Shown in pieces: positions 48,613 through 57,859 of a stretch of DNA of 64,000 nucleotides. Positions within the stretch are counted from its first letter, which is position 1, and each line of letters starts with the position of its first letter. Origin of the DNA: an uncultured Bdellovibrionales bacterium (GTDB lineage: Bacteria; Patescibacteriota; Minisyncoccia; Moranbacterales; DUUL01); the NCBI GenBank assembly GCA_964421125.1, contig CAYQVD010000003.1, positions 5,779 to 69,778 of the forward strand, in the 5' to 3' direction. The position numbers and the translations under genes are program-made. Below the pieces are notes generated by a model. The model did not search any database and was not told the DNA's origin. It saw only the letters and a program-made list of their open reading frames with translations.

Positions 48613-48945
48613 TTATTTTCCTTTGAGCATCATGATTATTGCAATAATTGCAAATCCAGAAAGAAAGCCAAACAATAAAGCTTGGTCATTGGGATAACCA
48701 AGAAGATGTTTAAAGTCTAGGTAGATTGCGATTGAGAAGAAAATATAAATAAGAATTAGTGAAGTAAAAAGTTGTATAATCGGAACTTCCTTGTCTATCG
48801 TGTTTATGGCAATAGGAAAGAATACAAGCGCGATAAGGATTGCTAAAATAATCCAAGTGATAAATCCAAATGCTAGCCCAAAAATTAAATTGATAAAGGC
48901 AACGATCAAGAAGACTAAAAAGGGTAATAGTAATATTTTTTTCAT
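48613..48945 (-). CDS. Small hydrophobic membrane protein
   Basis: 110 aa, about 4 TMs; terminator downstream. Confidence 0.7.
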   Translation of the reverse strand: MKKILLLPFLVFLIVAFINLIFGLAFGFITWIILAILIALVFFPIAINTIDKEVPIIQLFTSLILIYIFFSIAIYLDFKHLLGYPNDQALLFGFLSGFAIIAIIMMLKGK

Positions 48946-49068
48946 TTTTGTGTTTTTAAATATTTATTTTATTATATCAGAAAAATTAAAATTAGGGAAC
49001 AGACGTCTTGAAAAAAGATTATAAATGAGATAAGATAATAGTATGTTTATAAGAAGTAATTTTAGTAT

Positions 49069-51990
49069 ATGAATTCAGTGAAAACAGCGACTCCGAAATA
49101 TAACTTTAAATCCATTGAGAAGAAATGGCAGAAATATTGGGAGGAAAACAAGACTAATCAAGTTGATTTAGAAAAGGCTGAAAATCCTTTCTATAATTTG
49201 ATGATGTTCCCATATCCTTCAGCAGAAGGTTTGCATGTTGGAAATATGTATGCTTTTACTGGAGCAGATGTCTATGGACGTTTCAAAAGACTTCAAGGGT
49301 ATGATGTTTTTGAGCCAATTGGATTAGATGGATTTGGTATTCACAGTGAAAACTATGCAATTAAGATTGGAGAACATATCAATGAATTCTCCAAGCGAAG
49401 TGAAAAAAGATTTTATGAGCAATTAAGCTTGGTCGGGAATATGTATGATTGGTCTCGAACCGTTGAGACTTATAAAACTGATTATTATAAATGGACTCAA
49501 TGGCTTTTCTTAAAAATGTTTGAAAAAGGGTTGGCTTATCAAAAGAAAGCCAAGGTTAATTGGTGTCCTTCTTGTAAGACAGTGCTTTCAGATGAACAAG
49601 TAGTCCAGGGAAAATGTGAGCGATGTGATAGTCAGGTTGAGAAAAAGGAACTAAAACAATGGTTTTTCAAGATTACTGATTATGCAGATCGGCTTCTTGA
49701 AAATTCTCAAAAAGAAGATTTTGATTGGCCAGCAGATGTAAAATTAAATCAACAAAATTGGATTGGAAAATCTGAGGGAGCCTCGATCAAATTTCCAATT
49801 TCCAATTTCCAATTTCCAAATAAATCTCAAAATTCAAATTCTCAAAAAAAGGATAAGTTTATTGAAGCTTTTACTACTAGACCAGACACTTTATTTGGGG
49901 CGACTTATATGGTGGTTGCACCAGAGCATGAAATTCTACAAAATCAAAAATCAAAAATCAAAAATCAAAAAGAGGTGTTTGAGTATGTTAAGAAATCTTT
50001 AAATAAATCGGAGCAAGAAAGAAAGGAAGAAGAAAAAACAAAGACAGGAGTTGAGTTAAAAGGAGTCAAGGCAATTAATCCAGCAACTAAGGAGGAAATT
50101 CCAGTTTGGGTGGCTGACTATGTTTTGGCTGGTTATGGAACGGGAGCGATTATGGCGGTTCCAGCGCATGATGAACGTGATTTTGAATTTGCGAAAAAGT
50201 TTGGATTGGAAATTAAAGATGTTGTTGTTCCATACATTAAAGATAATCCAAGAGATGATAAGGAAACTGAAGAAAGGGATGCTGTTGTTGGAGTTGTTAA
50301 AGATCCCAAAACTAATAAATATCTTTGTTTGAAATGGAATAAAACAGAATGGCAATCTTTTCCATCTGGAGGGACTGACGGAGATGAAATTGTGGAGGCT
50401 GGAAAGAGAGAAATAAAAGAAGAAACTGGTTATATTGATTTGGAATTTAAAAAAGAACTTGGGAGTCCAATCTTTGCAGAATTCTATCGACCCCATAAAG
50501 ATTCAAATGTAATTGCAAAATTTAGATATCTATTATTTGAACTTAATAGCGATGAACAAGTTGAAATTGAAAAAAAGGAAATGGAAATACATGAGCCTTT
50601 GTGGATTGATGAAGAAAAGATAGAATCTTTTATTAATGTTTCTAATCAGAAAATTGTTTGGGAGCGATTGACTCAAGGAATAAAATCTTTTTGTGGAGAA
50701 GGAGTCAGTATTGATTCAGATTTTTTGGATGGACTGAAAACTGCTGAAGCAAAAACTAAAATGATTGAATGGCTTGAAGAAAATAAAGTTGGTAAAAAGG
50801 CTGTTGATTATAAGTTGCGAGACTGGTGTGTTTCAAGGCAAAGATATTGGGGACCACCAATTCCAATTATTCATTGCAAAAATTGTGGAACGGTGCCAGT
50901 TCCAGAAGAAGATCTGCCAGTGGAGTTGCCACCAATGGATGATTTTTTACCAGAAGGAAAAGGAAAAAGTCCACTTGCGAAGAATGAAGAATTTGTGAAA
51001 GTGAAATGCCCAAAGTGTGGAACGGATGCAGAAAGAGAAACTGATGTTTCTGATCCATTTGTGGATTCATCTTGGTACTTTTTTCGATATCCTTCAACTG
51101 AAATTGAAGATAAGCCTTTTGATAAAGAGCGTACTAAAAAATGGTTACCAGTGGATAGCTATATTGGAGGCAAGGAACATACTGTTCTTCATTTGCTTTA
51201 TTCTCGTTTTGTGACGATGGTTTTGCACGATTTGGACTATATTGATTTTGATGAGCCTTACAAAAGATTTTTTGGGCATGGGCTTATCACCAAAGATGGA
51301 GCAAAAATGTCAAAATCAAAAGGAAATGTAGTGAATCCAGATGAGATGATTGAGAAATATGGAGCAGATACAGTGCGATTATATTTGAGATTCTTGGGAG
51401 ATTTTTCTCAAGGAGGAGATTGGCGAGATAGTGGTGCTGAAGGAATTTTCAAGTTTGTGAAAAAACTTTGGGCAACTTTCTTTGAACTTGAAAATGTTGA
51501 AGGAAATGGGGTTGAAAAAACTAATATGATTGATAAAACAATTAAAGTGATTGGTGAAGATATCGAAAGACTTTCATTTAATACTGCTGTTGCAAGATTA
51601 ATGGAGTTTGTGAATTGGATTAGAGACAATATTTCAGAGTTTGATCAATCTCAGGCAAAAAGAGTTCAAGAAGTTTTGGCGCTTGTCAGCGCTCCAATGA
51701 TGCCACATATTGCAGAAGAATTTTGGAATCAAATTGGAAACGAGGATTCAGTGTTCAATTCAAAGTGGCCGGAGTTTAATGAAAATAATATTTTGGATGA
51801 TGAAATTGAACTTGTGGTTCAAGTGAATGGAAAAGTCAGAGATCGAATTCAGTGTCCAAGAGATGTTTCCGAAAAAGATGCAAAGAAATTGGCGACAGAA
51901 AGTTTGAAAATTAAATCTTACACTGAAGGAAAAGAGATAATAAAAACAATCTATGTTCCAGGAAAGCTTGTTAATATTGTTGCCAAGTAG
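49069..51990 (+). CDS. leuS: Leucine--tRNA ligase with an inserted NUDIX domain
   Basis: MFPYPSAEGLHVGN, FTTRPDT, GYGTGAIMAVPAHD, KMSKS; NUDIX-like insert at ~50260-50670. Confidence 0.96.
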   Translation: MNSVKTATPKYNFKSIEKKWQKYWEENKTNQVDLEKAENPFYNLMMFPYPSAEGLHVGNMYAFTGADVYGRFKRLQGYDVFEPIGLDGFGIHSENYAIKIGEHINEFSKRSEKRFYEQLSLVGNMYDWSRTVETYKTDYYKWTQWLFLKMFEKGLAYQKKAKVNWCPSCKTVLSDEQVVQGKCERCDSQVEKKELKQWFFKITDYADRLLENSQKEDFDWPADVKLNQQNWIGKSEGASIKFPISNFQFPNKSQNSNSQKKDKFIEAFTTRPDTLFGATYMVVAPEHEILQNQKSKIKNQKEVFEYVKKSLNKSEQERKEEEKTKTGVELKGVKAINPATKEEIPVWVADYVLAGYGTGAIMAVPAHDERDFEFAKKFGLEIKDVVVPYIKDNPRDDKETEERDAVVGVVKDPKTNKYLCLKWNKTEWQSFPSGGTDGDEIVEAGKREIKEETGYIDLEFKKELGSPIFAEFYRPHKDSNVIAKFRYLLFELNSDEQVEIEKKEMEIHEPLWIDEEKIESFINVSNQKIVWERLTQGIKSFCGEGVSIDSDFLDGLKTAEAKTKMIEWLEENKVGKKAVDYKLRDWCVSRQRYWGPPIPIIHCKNCGTVPVPEEDLPVELPPMDDFLPEGKGKSPLAKNEEFVKVKCPKCGTDAERETDVSDPFVDSSWYFFRYPSTEIEDKPFDKERTKKWLPVDSYIGGKEHTVLHLLYSRFVTMVLHDLDYIDFDEPYKRFFGHGLITKDGAKMSKSKGNVVNPDEMIEKYGADTVRLYLRFLGDFSQGGDWRDSGAEGIFKFVKKLWATFFELENVEGNGVEKTNMIDKTIKVIGEDIERLSFNTAVARLMEFVNWIRDNISEFDQSQAKRVQEVLALVSAPMMPHIAEEFWNQIGNEDSVFNSKWPEFNENNILDDEIELVVQVNGKVRDRIQCPRDVSEKDAKKLATESLKIKSYTEGKEIIKTIYVPGKLVNIVAK
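49790..49845 (+). repeat. (AATTTCC)x4 plus degenerate heptamers, in frame within leuS
   Basis: Encodes KFPISNFQFPNKSQNSNSQ. Confidence 0.9.
49940..49967 (+). repeat. (AAAATCA)x4 in frame within leuS
   Basis: Encodes QNQKSKIKNQ. Confidence 0.88.
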
Positions 51991-52070
51991 CGACAATTTT
52001 CAGTTATCAATTTCCAATTTCCATTAAATTTTCAATGAAAGAATTTTCAATAATTTATGTTGTTGTCGTG

Positions 52071-52248
52071 GCGGGTTCAAGTGTCCTCGTTTGAATCCTA
52101 ATAGGTCTTCTTTTATAATATTAAGAATTAAATGGCTCAGGTGTGAACGTCTGAATTCGCGTGATTAAAAAAGCTATAAAAAGACTGGATTCCCGCCTAC
52201 GCGGGAATGACAAGTAAAAAAGTTTCAGTCGAGGATGCCTGAACCCGC
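52071..52248. repeat. REPIN-like inverted REP pair enclosing further REPs
   Basis: GCGGGTTCAAGTGTCCTCG (52071) versus reverse-strand GCGGGTTCAGGCATCCTCG (52248); degenerate copy at 52135-52162; TGGATTCCCGCCTACGCGGGAATGAC at 52186-52211. Confidence 0.8.
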
Positions 52249-52352
52249 GGAGATTGACTTTAATAGCTCAATTAAGATTGTGAATTATAAAATTTCCTTG
52301 ATTAAAAATTATTTAAAAATTACTAAAATTATAAAATTAAAAATTTCAAAAT

Positions 52353-53282
52353 ATGCTTCCAAGGGAATTTAAGGATTCAATAGAGCTTTGTGATTTGGAT
52401 GATTTGCTGAAAAGCAAATGTCGATTCATTGTAGATGGAAATAAGGTTATTGATCAAGAAAACGTTGAAGGAGTTGAGGTAAATTCTTCTGAAACTGAAA
52501 AAGGAGTTAATGTTGAGCTGAAAATTAAAAAAGGAGTGAAATTGATTGAGCCGATTTTTCTTTGTTTTGGGGTGATGGGGAGTCATGATGAGCAGATTAT
52601 TATTCCAAACGTAATTTTCGAAGAAGGAGCGGAGGCGGATGTGGTTTCGCATTGTACTTTTCCGAAAGCGATTGAAGTTAGTCATGAGATGGAAGCACAA
52701 TTTAAAATTGGAAAGAATGCTAAAATGAACTATACTGAATATCATTATCATGGAAATGAGTCTGGTGTGCGAGTAGTGCCGAAATTAAATGTTGACATTG
52801 CAGAAGGTGGAATATTTGTGACAAGTTTCAATCTTGTAAAAGGAACAATTGGAAAAACTTCAATTGAGCTTGAAATTCATTTAGCAAAAAATGCTCGAAC
52901 AGAAATTGAAACAAAAGTTCTCGGAAAAAATGAAAAAGATCATATTAAGATAATTGACAAAGTTTATCTTGAAGGAGAAAATAGTAAGAGTTTGATTAAG
53001 ATGAGAGCGGCGGCCAAGAATGGTGGAACAGTTTTGATGCAAGGAGAAACTTATGCAAAAGCGTCTGGGTGTATTGGACATGTTGATTGTCAGGAGATTT
53101 TGTTTGGAGAGGGATCAGTGGCTCGAGCAGTTCCAATTGTTGAAGTGAGTAATGATGATGCAAGAGTCACGCATGAAGCTTCGGTTGGAAAAATTAATCA
53201 AAAAGAATTAGAGACTTTGATGACGAGAGGATTGGACGAAGATGAGGCATCGGAGTTGATAGTGAATTCACTCTTACAGTAA
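52353..53282 (+). CDS. SufB/SufD-family Fe-S scaffold protein (minimal SmsB-like)
   Basis: GHVDCQEIL, AVPIVEV, ARVTHEASVGKI, LETLMTRGL. Confidence 0.9.
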   Translation: MLPREFKDSIELCDLDDLLKSKCRFIVDGNKVIDQENVEGVEVNSSETEKGVNVELKIKKGVKLIEPIFLCFGVMGSHDEQIIIPNVIFEEGAEADVVSHCTFPKAIEVSHEMEAQFKIGKNAKMNYTEYHYHGNESGVRVVPKLNVDIAEGGIFVTSFNLVKGTIGKTSIELEIHLAKNARTEIETKVLGKNEKDHIKIIDKVYLEGENSKSLIKMRAAAKNGGTVLMQGETYAKASGCIGHVDCQEILFGEGSVARAVPIVEVSNDDARVTHEASVGKINQKELETLMTRGLDEDEASELIVNSLLQ

Positions 53283-53385
53283 TTTAAAATTTTCATTAAT
53301 TAATTATTTATTGCTATGGCAGAAAAGACTTTTAAAGAAGAAAGAGAAAAAATTATAATAGAATCTTTAAATATAAAATAAAAAG

Positions 53386-53703
53386 ATGGTGCATCAAATT
53401 TCTTCTGATGATTTTGAGGAGCTTATTAAAGAAAAGAAAGTTTTTCTTTTAGATGTGCGTGAGAAAAATGAATTTGATGCTGGTCACATTAAGGGGGCTA
53501 ATTTAGTTTCTTCAATAAGATTTAATGAAGGATTTGAAAAATTAAAAATTAAAAAGAATGACAAGATTGCTCTTTATTGTTTAAATGGTAGTAGAAGTGA
53601 TTTTATTGGGAAAAAATTAGTGGAAAATGGTTTTGATAGGATTTATAATTTAGAAATGGGAACAGTTGAATGGCTTGAATATGGAAAGAAGTTAGTTAAA
53701 TGA
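53386..53703 (+). CDS. Single-domain rhodanese
   Basis: LLDVREKNEFDAGHIKGA; active-site loop CLNGSRS. Confidence 0.92.
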   Translation: MVHQISSDDFEELIKEKKVFLLDVREKNEFDAGHIKGANLVSSIRFNEGFEKLKIKKNDKIALYCLNGSRSDFIGKKLVENGFDRIYNLEMGTVEWLEYGKKLVK

Positions 53704-53728
53704 TAGGATGATTAAGCAAATTTTATAA

Positions 53729-53783
53729 CTCTCCCTTTAAATCTTTCGCTGGAAGATTTAAATCCCTTACATTAAGGGAGGGA
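53729..53783 (+). repeat. CTCTCCC...CCCTTA..TAAGGGAGG repeat with a nested TAAATCTT/AAGATTTA hairpin
   Basis: Related to 34082 and 35736. Confidence 0.6.
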
Positions 53784-53798
53784 ATAAGAAAAGAATTC

Positions 53799-55442
53799 AT
53801 GATAAAAAATATTACAAATTGTTTTAGGAATGGAGAGAAGGCAATTAACTCTATCACAGGAGCTGCTTTTTTGATTGCAATAATGGGATTGGCTAGTCGT
53901 TTGTTGGGTCTTGTTCGTGATCGTATTTTAGCTTCAAAATTTGGGGCAGGAGATGAGCTCGATGTTTATTATGCTGCATTCAAGGTTCCTGATTTAGTTT
54001 TTAACTTATTAATTTTAGGAGCTTTGTCGGCTGCTTTTGTTCCGGTTTTTACGTCTTTGATTTCAAAAGATAAGAAAAAGGAGGCATGGAAGATGGTTGA
54101 TAAGATTTTAACTTTGATGATTATCACCTTAGTTGTGGTGACTATGATCTTGTTCTTTTTTGCTCCTTGGCTAACTGGTCTTATTACTTTTGGATTTAAT
54201 CCAGGAAAACAAGAATCAGTTGCTGTTTTGACTCGAATTATGCTTTTGAGCCCGATTCTTATGGGTATTTCAGGTCTTTTTGGTGGAATATTAAATTCTT
54301 TTAAAAAATTCTTTTTTTATTCACTCGCTCCAATTTTCTATAATATTGGAATAATCATTGGAATCCTATTTCTTGTTGATCGTTTTGGAATTAGTGGACT
54401 TGCCTGGGGAGTTGTTTTGGGGGCTTTTTTGCATCTTTTAATTCAATTTCCGGAAATACTGCGTTGTGGATTTAGATTCAAGCCAAACTTTAACTTTAAA
54501 GATAAGAATCTTTTAAAGATAATTAAACTGATGATTCCGCGAACATTGGGATTAGCTGTGGCACAAATTAATCTTTTAGTGATAACAATTTTAGCTTCTA
54601 CTTTACATGCAGGAAGCTTGGCTATCTTTAGCCTTGCTAATAATATTCAAAGTGTTCCATTGGGGCTTTTTGGGATTTCTTTTGCAACAGCTGCTTTTCC
54701 AACCCTTTCTGCTTATTGGGCTCAAAAGAAAAAGGAACAGTTTATTCAAAGTTTTTCAAGAACTTTTCGAAATATTATGTTTTTTGCGATTCCTTTTTCA
54801 GTGGTCTTTATTGTACTTAGAGCACAAATTGTTCGAGTGGTTTTGGGAGCAGGAAAATTTGACTGGGAAGATACGATTTTGACTTTTCAAGCGCTTGGGA
54901 TTTTTGCTCTTTCTCTCTTTGCTCAGAGTCTCATTCCTCTTTTAGCTCGGGCTTTTTATTCTATTCATAATACTAAAATTCCATTTTTTGTTGGGTTATT
55001 TTCTGGAGCAGTTAATTTGTTTTTAGCACTTTTCTTAATTAAGGAATACGAAATGCTTGGCTTGGTTTTCGCGTTTACTTTTTCATCAATTTTAAATATG
55101 TTACTTCTTTTGTTTTTACTAAGAAGAAAAATTGGAAGCTTGGGTGAGCGAGCGATTATTAGAAGTACTTGGAGAATAATTTTCGCAACGTTTATTATGG
55201 CGATATTTATGCAAGCGACTAAACATGGAATGAGTTATGTAGTTAATATGGAAACTTTTTTGGGAGTATTTTTTCAGATGACAGTATCCTTTATTGTCGG
55301 AGTAGGAGTGTTTATTTTAGCAGGAAAGTTTATTAAGATTCAAGAATTGGATTATTTTATTAATGGTTGTAAAAAGAGGCTTTTTTTGAAACCAAAAATT
55401 GTTTATGATGATAGTAGGGATGAAATAGGTGGAATAAAATAA
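53799..55442 (+). CDS. murJ: Lipid II flippase MurJ
   Basis: SRLLGLVRD, AFKVPD, GALSAAFVPVF, RAFYS...TKIP. Confidence 0.95.
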   Translation: MIKNITNCFRNGEKAINSITGAAFLIAIMGLASRLLGLVRDRILASKFGAGDELDVYYAAFKVPDLVFNLLILGALSAAFVPVFTSLISKDKKKEAWKMVDKILTLMIITLVVVTMILFFFAPWLTGLITFGFNPGKQESVAVLTRIMLLSPILMGISGLFGGILNSFKKFFFYSLAPIFYNIGIIIGILFLVDRFGISGLAWGVVLGAFLHLLIQFPEILRCGFRFKPNFNFKDKNLLKIIKLMIPRTLGLAVAQINLLVITILASTLHAGSLAIFSLANNIQSVPLGLFGISFATAAFPTLSAYWAQKKKEQFIQSFSRTFRNIMFFAIPFSVVFIVLRAQIVRVVLGAGKFDWEDTILTFQALGIFALSLFAQSLIPLLARAFYSIHNTKIPFFVGLFSGAVNLFLALFLIKEYEMLGLVFAFTFSSILNMLLLLFLLRRKIGSLGERAIIRSTWRIIFATFIMAIFMQATKHGMSYVVNMETFLGVFFQMTVSFIVGVGVFILAGKFIKIQELDYFINGCKKRLFLKPKIVYDDSRDEIGGIK

Positions 55443-56314
55443 TGAATTTATCTTTTCGAAAATTTTTAGGAACTTTTGTAGCAGTTCTTTTCTTTGTTTT
55501 TTTAACTCAATTTGTTAATAGTGCAACATTTACTGACAATTTTCCTTTGAAAGTTGTTTTTTTAGATATTGGTCAAGGTGATTCAATTTTAATAAATTAT
55601 CTTGATCGTCATCAGATTCTGATTGATGGAGGGCCTGATGGTAAAAAGTTAATGTATGAACTTGGAAAAGTGATGCCGAAAAATGATAAGGAAATAGAGG
55701 TTGTCATTGCAACTCATCCAGATTGGGATCATTTTGGAGGATTTATTGATTTAATTGATTATTATTCTGTGAAGTCATTTTTAACTAGTGATATTGAGAA
55801 TGAAAAGACAAGTTTTCAGAAATTGATAAAAAAAATAGAAGACAAAAATATTAAAATTAATTCACCAGAAGTTGGATCAAGAATTGATATTGGTGAGTAT
55901 TTAGATATTGAATTTTTAGCTCCGGATAGTGGAAATGATTTTAAAGATGGAAATGATAATTCAATTGTGACAAGAGTTGATTTTGGAAAAAACTCCTTTC
56001 TTTTCACTGGTGACATTGGAAAGAAGCCTGAGGCTTATTTAGTAAAAGAATATGGCAATTTATTAGATGTTGATTGGTTGAAAGTGGCTCATCATGGTTC
56101 GAAAAATTCCAGTTCTGATATTTTTTTGGAAAAAGTATCGCCTGAATTTGCAGTTATTTCAGCGGGGAAAGATAATCGTTATGGTCATCCAGCAGTAGAA
56201 GCGCTTGAGCGACTTAAGAATGTCGATGCGGATGTTTTAAGGACTGATGAGATAGAGTCAATTGTTGTGGGTTGTGAGACACCAAAGAAGAAGTCTTGCG
56301 AAGTTCTAGATTGA
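55442..56314 (+). CDS. ComEC/Rec2-type metallo-beta-lactamase-fold hydrolase, stand-alone
   Basis: FLDIGQGDS, THPDWDHFGG, FLFTGD, LKVAHHGS, NRYGHP. Confidence 0.92.
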   Translation: MNLSFRKFLGTFVAVLFFVFLTQFVNSATFTDNFPLKVVFLDIGQGDSILINYLDRHQILIDGGPDGKKLMYELGKVMPKNDKEIEVVIATHPDWDHFGGFIDLIDYYSVKSFLTSDIENEKTSFQKLIKKIEDKNIKINSPEVGSRIDIGEYLDIEFLAPDSGNDFKDGNDNSIVTRVDFGKNSFLFTGDIGKKPEAYLVKEYGNLLDVDWLKVAHHGSKNSSSDIFLEKVSPEFAVISAGKDNRYGHPAVEALERLKNVDADVLRTDEIESIVVGCETPKKKSCEVLD

Positions 56315-56420
56315 CTTTAATACTATTTTGACTTAGAATTACTTATTAAGTTCTTTTAATGGTTAACGGGGAAAAATGACCTTTTTTGAAAAGGAGGTTT
56401 TTATGAAAATTGGTGAATGC

Positions 56421-57471
56421 GGCATATAGACCCAAATAGGACCTACTATGTTAAAATAACCCAGTATTTAATTAGGTTATTTAACATTCAAACGTATGAA
56501 CAACAAAAAATGTCCTTTTTGTAACTCTCCAGAATGTATTAAAAAAGGATTTCAACAAGGACACCAGAGATGGCAATGTAAAAAATGTAAAACAAAATTT
56601 CAAGCTAACAAAAAAGTTCCACTAATTAAAGAGGAACTTTTTTGTTTGTATGTTTTTAATAAGCAAACATTAAGAGAATTATCAGTAGAACATCATTTTA
56701 AAACTCAAAATCTTCAGTCTTTCTTTGATTCTGTAGTGTTACCAAAAAAGAAACACTGTCCCAGAGAACTCTCCCTAGCAGTAGATACAACTTTCTTTGA
56801 AGAATTTGGAGTTGTTGTATTTAGAGACCAAGAACGTAAAGAAAATCTTTGGTGGAAGTTTGTTGAATCAGAAAGACTTATACATTATGAAGAAGGAATG
56901 ATTTATCTTGAAAGATTAGGTTATACATTCAGGTCGGTTACAGGAGATGGCTTACCTGGTTTGCCCAGTGTTTTCGTTGATATTCAGTTTCAGTATTGTC
57001 ATTTTCATGCCCGTAAGAACATTACAAAATATATTACAAGAAATCCAAAAACTAATGCAGGAATAGAGTTAAAGTTTATCATGGATAGTTTAAAGAGTTA
57101 TACTCATAACTCTTTTTTAAAAGATATGTCTTATTGGGAAGAAAAGTATAGTTATTTTTTAAAAGAAAAAACATATCATCCTGGAGGAAATTGGTCGTAT
57201 ACTCATGGAAGACTAAGAAGTGCTATTAGAAGTATGAAAAGAATGTCAGGATATCTTTTTACTTATCAGAGGTGTAATTTCTTTATGCCAGTAACAACAA
57301 ATACTTTAGAGGGTCACTTCGCTCATCTTAAAGTTAGAGTCGGAGTACATAGAGGTATTTCATTAAAAAGAAAACAAAGAATCATCTATTTGGTTCTTCT
57401 AAATTCCTCTGCTTCATATGAAAAAGATATGCATAAAAAGTTGTTTTAGGTCCTATTTGGGTCTATATGCC
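56421..57471 (+). mobile_element. Complete 1051-bp IS, IS256-like (Zn-ribbon variant)
   Basis: Perfect 25-bp TIRs GGCATATAGACCCAAATAGGACCTA; 8-bp target duplication GTGAATGC (56413-56420 and 57472-57479). Confidence 0.95.
56496..57449 (+). CDS. DDE transposase with N-terminal Zn ribbon
   Basis: CPFC...CKKC; AVDTT, TGDGLPG, QYCHFH, TTNTLEG; stop codon inside the right TIR. Confidence 0.92.
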   Translation: MNNKKCPFCNSPECIKKGFQQGHQRWQCKKCKTKFQANKKVPLIKEELFCLYVFNKQTLRELSVEHHFKTQNLQSFFDSVVLPKKKHCPRELSLAVDTTFFEEFGVVVFRDQERKENLWWKFVESERLIHYEEGMIYLERLGYTFRSVTGDGLPGLPSVFVDIQFQYCHFHARKNITKYITRNPKTNAGIELKFIMDSLKSYTHNSFLKDMSYWEEKYSYFLKEKTYHPGGNWSYTHGRLRSAIRSMKRMSGYLFTYQRCNFFMPVTTNTLEGHFAHLKVRVGVHRGISLKRKQRIIYLVLLNSSASYEKDMHKKLF

Positions 57472-57740
57472 GTGAATGCTATATTTATATTATGGAAAAT
57501 AGAAATGGAGAATGGCTTGAAAAATTTCGAAAAACACTTTGGGGTGCAAGAAGGGATATTATCTGGCTTGAGGAGAATCTTGGTTTTGCTAACGTAATCA
57601 TCTTTCCTGTCCGTAAAAAGTTCCAGGAAGCAGGTCTTTTCCTAGCAAGAAAGATGTGCGAAGGAAAAATTACAATAAAGGAATTATTGGAGAAATCAAA
57701 GAAATATGCCGTTTAATTTTTTTATCGTTATTTTAAATGA

Positions 57741-57786
57741 AAAGATTCCCAAGTTTTATTAAAACAAGGGAGTCTTTTGTTTTTTT
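57741..57786 (+). terminator. Intrinsic terminator
   Basis: AAGATTCCC..GGGAGTCTT followed by TTGTTTTTTT. Confidence 0.7.
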
Positions 57787-57859
57787 AGGGAATGTGGAAA
57801 AATTTGCCATAATTTTATTTCTTGCTATAATGATGTCAATCAACTCCTCTTGGGGGTTT

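Larger units (their letters stand above)
56403..57716 (+). pseudogene. Small orphan gene (84 aa, MKIGEC|YIYIMENRNG...) interrupted by the IS
   Basis: Promoter TTGACT-N17-TAGAAT (56311-56339); SD AAGGAGG; removing the IS and one target copy joins 56403-56420 in frame to 57480-57716. Confidence 0.85.
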
